A stretch of 64,000 nucleotides of DNA from Lama glama (lineage: Eukaryota), in assembly GCA_028534125.1 (NCBI GenBank), contig CM052816.1, positions 56,422,001-56,486,000 on the forward strand, read 5' to 3'. Within the stretch, counting starts at the first letter, position 1, and each line of letters opens with the position of its first letter. Below are positions 34,986 to 46,209 of the stretch, one piece after another. The notes under the pieces were generated by a model that was given only the letters and a program-made list of their open reading frames with translations, had not been told where the DNA came from and searched no databases. The translations under genes were made by a program, and so were the position numbers.

Positions 34986-37080
34986 AGCCAGAAAACTTGA
35001 GTGAAAGGAAAACTCGAATCCAGTGGAACCAAAGGGAGAGCTTTGGAAAAGGACTTTTAATGTAGGTGACCTGGAAGGTGTGTGCCCTTAGGAGGCGGGC
35101 ACAACAACGCTCTCAAGAAGAGAGTGGGGTGGGATGGAATGCGGTGGGGTGGGGAAGAGTCTGTGCGCCCAGAAATCCACCCATATGGCAGACGGGCCAT
35201 ATGCAAACACCTAAAACAAATGGCTGTCAAGGGGCCGCCTCCAGCTTACATGCCGTCGCTCAATTTGTTGGCTTGCTGGTCTTACTCAAGAAAAGACTGT
35301 TTGCACTCCCCTGCCACAGACCACTGCTGAATGACCAGATGGGAAGCGGTCTACCAGCTGACCCGACTGCCAGGCGGCCCGTGAGCGGTCCAGACAGCGC
35401 GGGCTTTGTTGCAAAGGAATTAGTGTTACTCTTTCTCCCCACCCCACGAAGAAGCAGAGAGGCCTTCACCCTTGACCTTGGCGTGCCCTTGCTGCTTTCT
35501 TCCCGTCCGTGACACCTAGGCTTGGCCTTATTTATCTTGGGTCTTCTCGTGAATATTTGCTGAACTTTAATTTATACTGAACCCAGTTCAGAAGACGGAG
35601 GCTTTCCAAGTTTCAGACCTCCCGAGAAAGGTGTGAGTGTGCATGTGTTCAAGAGAAGCTCTCAGCTTGTCTCATGGCTGAAACTCCTCCTGAGATCCCT
35701 GGGCTCAATCTGAGGAGTAAAGCAGAGTGGTGAGCCCCTGTCGGATGGGTTTTATCAAAATGTGATCAAACAGGGTCATGACAAATGGTGGCCCGAGTTC
35801 GTTACGGTTCCGTGAGGGGCTCTGTACAGGTAAACCAGGCCGTAACTCACCTGCCTCGTGACAGTTTTTATTACTCCCTTTTAGTATCGTTCTGAGGAGT
35901 GAGGGGAATTGCCCTAGACGACAGATGCGGGGACTTTTTTTTCTCCCCCCGTCCTGTGGACAGGCCTGGGGCTCCAGCCTGGTGACTCACTGTTGTGGTA
36001 TTATATGCCTCAAGATTAAGTGTGTGCTGTGGGAAGTGTGGGGCAGGATTTATCAGCAAGAGTTCCTCCTTTGAAGTATCAGGGCAGGCAGGCTACTTTA
36101 CCGATGGTTCCTGGAACCTGGCCAAGCCCCAATATGCTGTGAAAATAGCCCGTCTTACGTTTTCTTGGCACATGAACACATTTGCACTTGATTCTCAGAC
36201 CTCCACGGCTTTCTGATGTTTTTGAGGCGAATATTCTTGGGAATCAGGGCCCCGGGCCAAAGTGTAACCCTGCCTGGGTCCCCTTCACATGCCCCATCTA
36301 AACATGGTTTTGATGGCTCCAGACATCGATGGTAACCCAGCCTTGAATGAGAATAGTCATGAGTTCTGACACGCAGGCTGGTTCTGAGTTGCTTTTAAGC
36401 ATTCGTATATAAATTTCTCTAACCTGCATTTCCAGCTGCCCCTCCCCCAGTAACAAAATGTCAGTGCTTAAGGCTTTTTATGGCAGCAGTGCCTCCCACA
36501 ACAACGCGGCTTTGCCTTTCCAGCTTGAAACTAATGTAATATGTGTGTGGAGAAAACCTTGGTGATGCCATTAAAACTCTACTATGTTAATTTAAAAAAA
36601 TCTGTCTTTCTCTAGTGAAAAATCCAGCATCGATTGGCCTGGGCCTCCCTCCTCCCACCTCTACGCATCATTTGCTTATTAATTTTGAGAACCAAGGACA
36701 CAAAATGCTAATGATGTTAGATTCCTGGACGCCCTTTCAGAGGTTAGCGTATCAGCCACACTTCCTGTTATTCCTGACACATCACCCGGCTATGTGTCAG
36801 GAATAGCTTCCTTGTTAAATGCAGATTTCCCAATAGACTCCCCATTCCAGGCTTCCCTCTAGCCTGGGAACAAGATTTTATCCTTCCTGATTTCAGACTT
36901 GCCAACCTGTGCTGGGGAACCAGCGTGTAACCTGCTTGAGCATCTCTGTTTGTCTCAGCTTCCTGAGCGGGCAGACCCTTCACTAAAGGGAACTTGATAT
37001 GGCGGTGCTTGAGCCTCGGAGACGGCTCGGAAGCCGTCAGGGCCGTGTCCCTTGACCTCCTACTTGAAAACATAACTGAG

Positions 37081-37927
37081 TGTGGTTGCAGCTTGGGTCC
37101 CGTTAGGTGTTGAATTGTGTCTCCTCGTCTGTTCGTATGTTCAAGTCTCAACCCCCAGAACCTCAGAATGTGGCCTGACTGGAGATGGGGGTGTTTGCAG
37201 AAGTAGTCAAGTTAAAATGAGGGCATTAGGGTGGACCCTAATTCAACATGGCTGGTGTCTTGGTGAAAAGGGGAAATTTGGAGACAGACCCACACACAGG
37301 GAGAATGCCACACGAACACAAAATGACCATCTGCAAGTCAAGGAGAGGGGCTTGGACCAGCCCCTTCACTCACAACCCTCAGAAGGATCCAATCCTGCCA
37401 TCACCTTGATTTTGGACGTCCAGCCGCCAGAACTGAGGCGATCAATTTCTTGTTTTTTAAGGCGCTCAGACTGGTGTTTCATTACAGCACCTTTAGCAAA
37501 CTAAGATAGGGACACTGGGCAGCAGACTCTGAGGCAGAGAGGAACACGAAGGGAGTTTGTAAGGGAGCACTTGCGGGTAAACGCGCGTGGAGGGGAAGAG
37601 AGAGCAGCAGCCTAGGACGAGGGGGACACTGAGCTGTGATGGAGCGCCGGCGACGGCCTCAGCTGACTCCACGGGACGCTCTGGGTCGGGGTGGCCTTGT
37701 GTAGTTGGAATGTGGGTCTGAGCCTCCGTGCAACCCTGTGGATCCACCATTGGCTGTGCGCTGCCTCTGGAAGGAGGAATGGCCCTGGGTGAGGCAGCTT
37801 TCTTCGGCCAAGGCAATTTCTGAAGAGGGCTGAGAGTTGGGGACCATCTTCTGGGAGCAAGCCCAGAGCTGGGGGCATCGTCATCCCTTAGAGGGGATCC
37901 GAGTGGCACGTCACAGCGTCTACCATG
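37081..37927 (-). mobile_element. LTR16-like ERVL solo LTR, interrupted by an MLT1B
   Basis: 'cttgggtccc' before the MLT1B resumes as 'gggcagcagactctgaggcagag...cttcggccaaggcaatttc...gaggggatccgagtggcacgtcacagcgtctaccatg', the antisense LTR16 layout. Confidence 0.7.
37101..37508 (+). mobile_element. MLT1B MaLR solo LTR
   Basis: 'gttgaattgtgtctcc...aacccccagaacctcagaatgtg...gggaaatttggagacagac...ccatctgcaagtcaaggagag...cagccgccagaactgag...tagcaaactaagata'. Confidence 0.8.
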
Positions 37928-38100
37928 AATACAAGCTGAAGGCTGGCTTGCCCCATTTCGGGGTTTTCAAAGTGGAGTTGAGCTTTGTAAGGTGCGGGGC
38001 TCCATCCAATCCTCCTTTCCTCCCTTACTTTATCGGCAAGGCTGCCTGTGGCTCCCCTGCCCTTTGTGCCTGCTTGGGGAGAGCAGTGGGTTGTGGTGGG

Positions 38101-39090
38101 TGTATCAGTATCTAGGAAGGAGGACAGAAGCTACTCTGGATGCTTCGAATAAAGGGGATTAATAGAGAAGAAAGGTTCCCAAGGTGCTGGAAGGGCTGGG
38201 GGCCCACAGGGAGAGGGAGATGGTCCCCTGAGATCAGGAGGAGGGTTTGGACCCGGGTGTTGGAATCCATAAGCTCACAGTCTCTGCTGGGCTGCTGAAG
38301 GGCTGCTCCCCCTGGACAGGAACCCAGGATGCCACACTCTGACGCTGGTGCAGCCGTAACAGGGAAGAACAGATCGGACTCCAGATTAGATCTGCTCCTT
38401 TGTCTCTAACCCTGTGCTCTGCTTCCTATGCTTAGTTGTGCTGGTTCTGCACCTTTTGTAAAAGAATGTTGCCCATAGCCTGAAGTACACAGGAGAGCCC
38501 ATTCCTAGGCTCTGACCCTTAAGGGTATTAACACTTTCCCATTCATATAAAGATAAAAAGTTTCAGAATAGAAAATAACATATGTCTTGTTGGAGGTTTA
38601 CAGGGATGCCATGACCTGACCCAGGGGACAGCTACAGAAACCAAGGAATGCAACAGCAAGAAGTGTGCAACAACCAACCACACCCCCTCCCCTTTTTAGT
38701 ATAAAAGGAGCCTGAATTCTGACTCTGGAAAGATGGTTCTCCAGGACACTAGTCTGCCATGTTCTTGGTCCACCGGCTTTCCAAATAAAGTCGTTACTCT
38801 TTGCCCCAACACCTCGTCTCCTGATTTATTGGCTTATCAGGCAGTGAGCAATCAAGTTGGACTCGGTAGCAAAACCAGGGCTGACACTGGTACAGCTCAG
38901 GGTCACCTCAGGGTCCACTGGAGCTCCTAGTTGCTGGTCCCAGTACTGCTGCTATTGGTGGCACCACTAATATCAGACAAAGCCTGCTTCTTCCTCCTAT
39001 TTTCCAGTCTCCCTTCTGGCTAGGGGACCGGCTCCATCCCCCACAGTACAGAGGAGAGCGTGGAAGAAAGGGCAGGGATCTGGGACAGCA
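38101..39090 (-). mobile_element. Old ERVL-class LTR fragments flanking a younger LTR
   Basis: 'tgtatcagt...cagaagctactctggatgcttcgaataaaggggattaatagag...ggtgctggaagggctg' at 38101-38350; LTR-like sequence resumes after 38872. Subfamily not determined. Confidence 0.45.
38355..38871 (+). mobile_element. ERV1 solo LTR (MER34/MER39-like, cetartiodactyl type)
   Basis: Ends '(c)gtaacagggaagaac' ... 'ttggactcggtagca'; TATAAAA at 38700-38706; AATAAA at 38784-38789; R/U5 'ggctttccaaataaagtcg...ttgccccaacacctcgtctc' resembles the MER34 group. Confidence 0.8.
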
Positions 39091-39824
39091 GACAATAGGC
39101 CATTTTCCCCTCAGACTAGCCCCCGCTGTGTCCCTAGTCCATGGTCGGTCCTAAGAGGGAGGACCAGGGGTCAGGAATGGAGCATCACGAAGCCACAGCC
39201 AGGAAGGCCCTCCACCAGGCTGAGGAGGGGCCCATCTAAGGAGCAGTGCATCACTCTAGAGTTTGCTGGATCTTCCACTGCCCCCTGCTTCCTGCCCCAC
39301 ATCCTCTACCGCCTCCAAGGAGAACAGAGCTTTCCCAAATGGTCTCCTGCCAAGGCCAACTTGGTGACATGGAACTTTGCTTCCAGAGGAGATATGACTG
39401 CGATCTTGTTGTAGAAACCAGGTTTGCTGGCTCTCAGCCGGGACTCTCCTGACCACACACCAGCACAGCTGCTGCCCTGCCTCACATTACCTTTCCGTCC
39501 AGTTCCCGACAGGACTGCTGGGCCACCACGATGGCCCAGTGGACGTGACCACAAAAGGGACAGCTAGATCCACGGGACTGCTCAGTCACTTCTGTCAAAC
39601 AACCGGTCAAGCTGATGTCTCAGATGAATTTCTGGTTATTTGATCACACGGACCAAATAAATGCTCTTTGGACACATTGATTCCTCTGACACATTAATAA
39701 AATAATAATATATCCTTCTCATGAGTAAAATTTCTTGTGTTTACTACCTATTAACTTTTCAAAATAACTTTATAGCATTGTCCTCATCCTTCTGGCAGCC
39801 ACGTGACCCATCCTAGGCTGTCCT

Positions 39825-39990
39825 CCTTCATCCATTCATTTGTTTTTCCCTCAAATGTTTACTGGGTGCCAACCAGGGATAAGTGTTAGTGATGTATGTA
39901 GAGTGGCGGGAATACCAAGAAACAAAAGAAATAGCCCTGCTAAGAAGGAGTTTATCCCTACTAAGACAAAGTTTACTCTTACAAATAAAG
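39825..39990 (-). mobile_element. LINE-2 3' end fragment
   Basis: 'ttcatccattcatttg...caaatgtttactgggtgcc...gccctgctaagaaggagtttatc'. Confidence 0.55.
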
Positions 39991-42213
39991 TAACTGAACG
40001 GCAGAAAGAAATCTACCAAGCCTTCAGATATGCAAACCCAGGCCATTTCAATCAACAATCCCCTTCTTATGAAATATGGAGGTGACACATTCAGTGGCAT
40101 TCAACTCTAAGATTCAAGTTGATGTCTTATTATTGCGAATGTCACCTGACTATAGATTGAGATGTGTTTGGTGTCAGGTCACTTGGAAGCATTTCCATTG
40201 TCCTCAAGGGAGGTGACTGAGCAGGCTTGGTGTCTCCCACATGGCTCAGCTTTGTAGTTACAAAATAAGCAGTAGATTGTATTCCTTCTGCCTAAGCATG
40301 CGGTTGGTATAATTTTTCCACAGCCAGCTGAGTCCAACAGCCTGTGCGTGGTGCTTCAACATGGGCAAGGACAAGGTGGTATGTGATCAAAGTTGTCATA
40401 AAAGACATCTGGGACTTCGCTAGGCACTGCTACTGGCGCCAGATAATCAGATTACGTGGCAAACTCGAAAGTGCTGCCAAAATTTACAGACCAAATTCTT
40501 CTCACCTTGGGTCTTATCCACCCCACCCACCAGACCCCGTATTACTCTTCAATTTGAGATTTTGTGAGAATCGCATCAAACCAAGATTGCAGTTAAGTAA
40601 CTTGTAACTACCATCTAACGTATTACTCTAGCCACCTAGCAATTTATTTTAGAATATTTCCCCAAATCATGCTTGTTATCTCAAGCAGCGAGCTGAATCC
40701 ATTGCTTTCTCTTTTGAGCTGTCACTTTGCTCAACAGAAGCATGTGTGTTACCATGGTTTCCTTAGTGAAGCATCTGTTACAAAGGGGAGAGGCTGGTTG
40801 GAGCAGGCAAAGGATGACAAGGCAAAGGGGACCATGGAGGGCACCTCCAGATTCTACTGCTTTGTACTTGGAATGATCTTCTACCTGTGAGAGGTTGCCC
40901 CCAGGGGATAAAAGCTTCATTTGGCTCCCTTCAAAATTGTGACGGGTGTTCTATGCACCCGGCCTGTTCCCATTTTAACTCTTAGAAAACACAGCTCATT
41001 TTTTTTTTTTCCTGATACATCTGGCTTGTTGCCCTGAGAGGACAAAAAAGGGAAGGCAGTTTGTGGTGCTGCAGCTGTATATGGGCTTAATTTGAAACCA
41101 CGAGTTTCATTAGCCTTGATATTCTAATTACATCTCTGCGTTTCACCCTGCAACACTATTGCTCCAACAAGTTGGCTCAGAAAATAATTGTCTTGTTCTT
41201 GCATAGAGACTGCACAAAACAAAGGGCTATTGTGCCAGGGCTGGAAGGAGTGTTTTTTCGATTGTTTCTCATTTCTCTCTGTGTTTTCAATAGAAACCAA
41301 GCCCAAATATTCGGGAAGGCCTCCAAGGGATTGGGGGGCCATCGAGGACGGCCCTGCCAGGGTGTGGGCTTACCTGACAGGTTCCCGACTAGTCATCGCT
41401 CGGCCAGGATTTCAGGAAGGTGTTTACTAAGGTTCCCTTAGGCTGCTAGAGAATCTAGTGTCTGTTTCTCAGGGATTCTCTCCCCAGCAGAGGTATCTCA
41501 GTGTGGCCACAAACTCCACGGAGTGGGAGAGCCACCAGGAGATCTGATTCACATTGTATGTCAGAGTGACTGGGCAACAATGCAATAGTTTACATTAGCA
41601 AGCTGATGGGATTTTACAGGACAGTTAATCCCTGGGCTGCTAGGGAACCTCCATTAGTCCCACTTGGAAATGAGGAGAATATGATATGAAAAAGGGAAGT
41701 AAAATTCTTGGAATCTTCCCATTCATGATTCCGTGTTGATAGAAATTTCCAGAATGATTGATTATCCTAGCCTACGTCGGTCATTTCTCAAAATTGAAAA
41801 GAGAAATCCTGGGGAAGTATGTGGCAGTAAGGGACAACTGAGGGGGCTCACTGTCTCTGGGGAGACGCCTGTCTCTCCAGGAGGGTGAGCATGGGGCCCC
41901 GCTTCCCACGGCCACCAGGCATGCTCTTCTGAGACTTAAGGGTTCTGTCATCTGTCCAGCTTTGAACTTAGTGATGTTGCAAAAGCAAGAGACATGGAAG
42001 ACTAGGTTCCTAATCTATAAAAAAAACATCTACAGTCTAGTTGGAGAGATAAGGTTCATATGAATGAATGAATGAAGGAACAAAGCCAGATAGTAGGTAA
42101 ACCTGTGCTAAGTGTTCAGTGGTCAGAGTTTCTTCTCTTGCCCTCAGAACAGAGAAAGCACAGAGAACGCGAAGCCTCAGAGTAACCAGGCAAGGCTTCT
42201 TGAAGGAGAGAAT

Positions 42214-42245
42214 TTATCTATCTATCTACCTACCTACCTACCTAG
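42214..42245. repeat. (CTAT)n/(CTAC)n compound microsatellite at an L1 tail
   Basis: ttatctatctatctacctacctacctacctag. Confidence 0.85.
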
Positions 42246-42247
42246 CT

Positions 42248-42500
42248 AATTGAAACAGAGCTGATTTACAATGCTGTGCTAGTTTCTGGCTGTATAACCA
42301 TAAGTGGAATTGTTGCATCATGTGGTAATTCTATATTCAGCTTTTGAGGAATTGCCCTACTAGTCTCCATGGCAGCTGAACCATTTACATTCCCACCAAC
42401 AGCACACCAGGGTTTCAGTTTCTCCACATCCTTGCTAACAATTTGTTTGTTTGTATTTGTTTGTTTTCAATAGTAGCCATCCTAGCGGGTAGGAAGTGGC
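42248..42500 (-). mobile_element. L1 3' end fused directly to ORF2-region sequence (internally deleted L1)
   Basis: 'aattgaaacagagctgatttacaatgctgtgctagtttctgg' joined to 'agtggaattgttgcatcatgtggtaattctat...cattcccaccaacag...tttctccacatcct...agccatccta'. Confidence 0.75.
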
Positions 42501-42580
42501 CCACGGTTCTAATACTGAGGATGTGCAATTTTGACTAGCTGTAATTCTGTCTCTTTCTCTGCCATTTAAGAAAGCGTATT

Positions 42581-42756
42581 ATACAGGGAACTATATGCAA
42601 TATAATCTTTAATGAAAAAGAATATGAAAACAAATATACGTGTATGTGTGTGTGTCTGTGTATATATATATATATATATGTATGTCTGGGACATTATGTT
42701 GTACACCAGAAATCAACACCTTGTAACTGACTATACTTCAATTAAAAAAAAAAAAA
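42581..42756 (+). mobile_element. Short camelid-type L1 3'UTR insertion with (TG)(TA) microsatellite and poly(A)
   Basis: 'acagggaactatatgcaa...gtacaccagaaatcaacaccttgtaactgactatacttcaattaaaa'; TSD aagaaagcgtatt (42568-42580) / aaaaaagcatatt (42751-42763). Confidence 0.9.
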
Positions 42757-44124
42757 GCATATTGGACAACAGGGGCCCATGAGTGACTCTGAAAGGGTGA
42801 GAATGTTGAGTTGGTTCTACCTTGCCTTTTGTAAAGAGAATACCCACATTTTGTTATTCTCCCCTGAGTAACAACTTAATTGTGACACTCCTTGCAAATT
42901 ACTGAGTCATGGGAGTCATTTGAATTGAGCTTTCAATTCAAAATGGATTCTCCTTACACACCCAGTGAAAACAACACACTGTCCCCTGGGTGGGCGCTGC
43001 AAAAAGGAGAGAGAAAAGCAAAAGGATGTCAGGAAGCCCATCGGAGCCCAAGATTCTGTATCCCCACAAGTGGGTTAACCAGTGACACTTACTAGAAACA
43101 CTGTCCCTCTTCATCTGCAGAAATGCTGAAGCCTAAGGTTTGGAACCCAAGCCAGAGCCTCTGTCATCCCCCTCTTATGTAGATATTTAGTGACTGTATT
43201 TTTGAGAGTGGTTCCTACTGTCCAACCTGGTCATTCAGTGGCATCTAGAGAGGAAAAGTCATAGCAATGAAGATTTTAAAATTTTTTCTGAGATTTTATT
43301 TACTCAAACAGGTTTGGTTCTTTTTAAGGAAAATTTGTGGGTTTTTTCAGTAAGGAATTTATATCTGAAGAGCTGCTGTAGGCCACTTAAGTAGGATTCC
43401 AAGTACCCAGTGGCTCTTTGGGCCCCATAAAGACCATGGAGAATTGAGGATACCTAAGGCTGTCTCCTAGGGTTAGTAGAAGAGCAAGAAGACAGGTCTT
43501 TGGCCAGGGCATCTGGTGACAACTTTCTCCCAGCACTTTCTCCTCAAGGCCAAGGGGAAGAAGACAAGGTATGCAGGTGGGATGATGTCAGAAAGGCCAA
43601 GAATACTCCAGCAAATTCTCTGTCTGAACACTTCCCAGTTTCATTCTACCTGGGTACTTTATCTGTGCTCAAAACACCTTAGGCAATTACAATTAGCAGA
43701 TTTTTTTGGCTTTTTGTTATTTTTGTCTTCAGCTCCAGCTTGAGATTTTAAAAAAGACTTGAGGACACCTGGACACTGAAGGTGGAGCATTTTAAAGTTA
43801 GAGTTGGGGCTGTGAGATGATGACAGCCCTTGGGAAACCCTTCCTCTGCTTGCCCAATGTTCAGAACACACTGGAAAACAAAGGCGAGTGAGCGGTCCTG
43901 TGCTGGGCTGTCTCCTCCTGCGTGGGGACGCGGCCAAACTTCCGGTCATGCAGGTGGATTTCTGCCTCCACAGCCGTCCCACACACAGCTCTTGGTCACA
44001 CTGCTTGCCAAAATCTGCTTGAAATTTCTCTCTACCCAGTTTTTTCTTTTTTAAATGTGTAAGCTTGCTTTTGGGAAGCCATTCCTGAGGGTAATAGGGA
44101 ACACACACTCAAGAACCACGACCC

Positions 44125-44350
44125 TGGAGAAATGGCTAAGAGGGCAGGTTCTGGGTCAGACCGCTTGTGTTCAAGGCCTGAGGGCCCCATTTACAAGCTG
44201 GGTGACCTTGACCCCTCTGGGCCACAGGTCTCACATGCATGAAATAGGGAGCGATCCCGCTCCCTCCCCAGGGTTCTGTGGGCACTGAACGTGGAAGAAC
44301 TCAGACGGACATCTGCACAGAGGATGTGCCCTGCGAATGGTGGTTATCAT
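44125..44350 (+). mobile_element. MIR SINE
   Basis: 'tggctaagagggcaggttctgggtcagaccgcttgtgttcaag...ttacaagctgggtgaccttg...gaatggtggttatcatt'. Confidence 0.7.
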
Positions 44351-45452
44351 TGTCCTGCTGGGCCCTGAGTTCCACCTCCTCTGGGCAGCTCACAGGGGCA
44401 AGTCCAAAATCCAATGCTGTGACCTGTACTTAACTCACTTTTAATCTCTTTGGATTCTGCTGGAGTGAAGTGCTCAGGTTTGCTGCTCTTAGAGCCCTCA
44501 GCGTTTGGACAGCTGACGATGACATGGCCGCTCTCCGCCTCCTCTCGGGTCACCTCCGCTCCCCCCCCCCCCCCGGCTTTCCTCTTCTGACTGTACCCTC
44601 ACACGGGACCAAGTCGGCACCTTCCCCACCCCTCGGTGCCCCCGTGTTTCTGAGGAAACAGAGTTTAGCTCCCATCCTGCTGTCCTTTACCTGAAAACTG
44701 TAGAAATTAGTTTAGCTGTATTTTTGTCAAATTTGCTGTTTTGATTTGCTTTTTCCTCTCTAGCAAAGGCAAGGAAGTATTGCTGCTATACATATACACT
44801 GATTAATGTATTTAATACATGCATATTTAATAATATATAAAAACGGATGTTTATACATGTATCTATTTTTTATCTTTGGATTGAATCTGCCCAGTCTGCA
44901 AGCCGAAGGCGGCCCAGAAGTTCTGGCACGAGAGGGAAGCTGACGGCGCTTTCTGGCGGGACTTGGGGGAGCAGCATTACCTCTGACATAACCTCTCAGA
45001 ACCTCTGGAACCTTCCCTGCCCCTCCCTGCACTCCCTCCCCCTCCCCCGCACCCCTCCGCCCTGCCCTGGGTCAGTCAGGCTCCCACTTCCCTTCCAGCA
45101 CCTTCCAGGGGCTCTTTGAGGTCCCTCTCCACATGCCCCACGAGAGTATCAGCCCTGTGGGGAGCCCTGCTTGACCGGCACAAGCTCACTCACTGCCCGC
45201 AGGCTGGTGCCATGGCAACTGTCCTCACAGACGTACACAGGTGGCCAGGGAAGCCATGGTGACAACAGCCCGCCGTGCTGGAACAGGACCTCACTGCATG
45301 GCGGCCACTGCCTGCACATCCCGGGGCCCGTTCCATACGGGGCCCCCAGGCAGGAGGAAGACCTGTTCCGTTGAGCCTGGGGAGCTGAGAGCCTCAGTGG
45401 GACGCTCACCTCCCCAGTGCTGGGGAAGGAGAGGAGGACTGGGAGGTTCTCT

Positions 45453-45497
45453 GGGGATTTCCAGGCTGGGTCAGTGCGGAGGCATTCCAGTGAGTCA
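45453..45497. promoter_or_regulatory. NF-kB + TEAD + AP-1 motif cluster
   Basis: GGGGATTTCC (45453-45462), CATTCC (45483-45488) and TGAGTCA (45491-45497) within 45 bp of apparently non-repeat DNA. Confidence 0.4.
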
Positions 45498-46109
45498 GCT
45501 TTCTGGTGGCAGCCCAGGAGCCCTGCCTGGGGAATCAGCCCTTCAGCCACCCTACGACAATTGTTCCTTTCTGTGAGGTGGTGGCTGTGTCACCAGCACA
45601 ACTGGGACACAAAGCTCACATGCGTTTGCACACTCTCATTTCAAATAGGGCCGGCTGCGCTTTGTTCTCATTCTTGGTTTACAATAAATGTAACTCTGCC
45701 CTTCAGTTGGCCAGACCGCCTCCCTTTCTCCGTTTCTCCTCACCCCTCCCCTTTGCCCTGGCATTTAAGAACCAAGGACATTTGATTGCGTGTTTATACC
45801 CTCAGGATTGAAGGTAGCACTTGAGATACTAGATGCATACCACGCATCTTCCCGAAGCTTCAGCTCTAAGCAGCATAAAATATCCTCTCTATATTACAGT
45901 TTGTGGACTTACTATGGGCAAAATGAGACATTTCCACAAGTTTTAAGATAAAATATGAGACTTTGAAGAAGCTATGCACTTGCTGAAGGCCTTGGGGTTG
46001 ACCCTCCAGGTGGTGTGCTGACTCAACCTGTCCTTGGGAGGTTTTGGTGAGAAAGTCTGAGAAGTTTCCTTTGTGACTTGGTGACCCTTGACCCTGACTG
46101 TCTCTATAG

Positions 46110-46209
46110 TGTTTTGTTTTGTTTTTTTTAATGGAGGTACTGGGGATTGAACCCAGGACCTCGTGCATGCTAAGTACATACTCTACCGCTAAGTTATACC
46201 CCTCACCCC
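46110..46209 (-). mobile_element. Full-length camelid tRNA-derived SINE (Vic-1-like)
   Basis: Minus strand reads ggggtgaggggtataacttagcggtagag...cttagcatgcacgaggtcctgggttcaatccccagtacctccattaaaa (A-box-like and B-box motifs, A-rich tail); TSD ctctatag at 46102-46109 and 46210-46217. Confidence 0.92.

Noticed and set aside
46130..46205. tRNA-like sequence with A/B boxes
   Set aside because: It has an A-rich tail, a TSD and a sister copy, so it is a SINE and not a tRNA gene.
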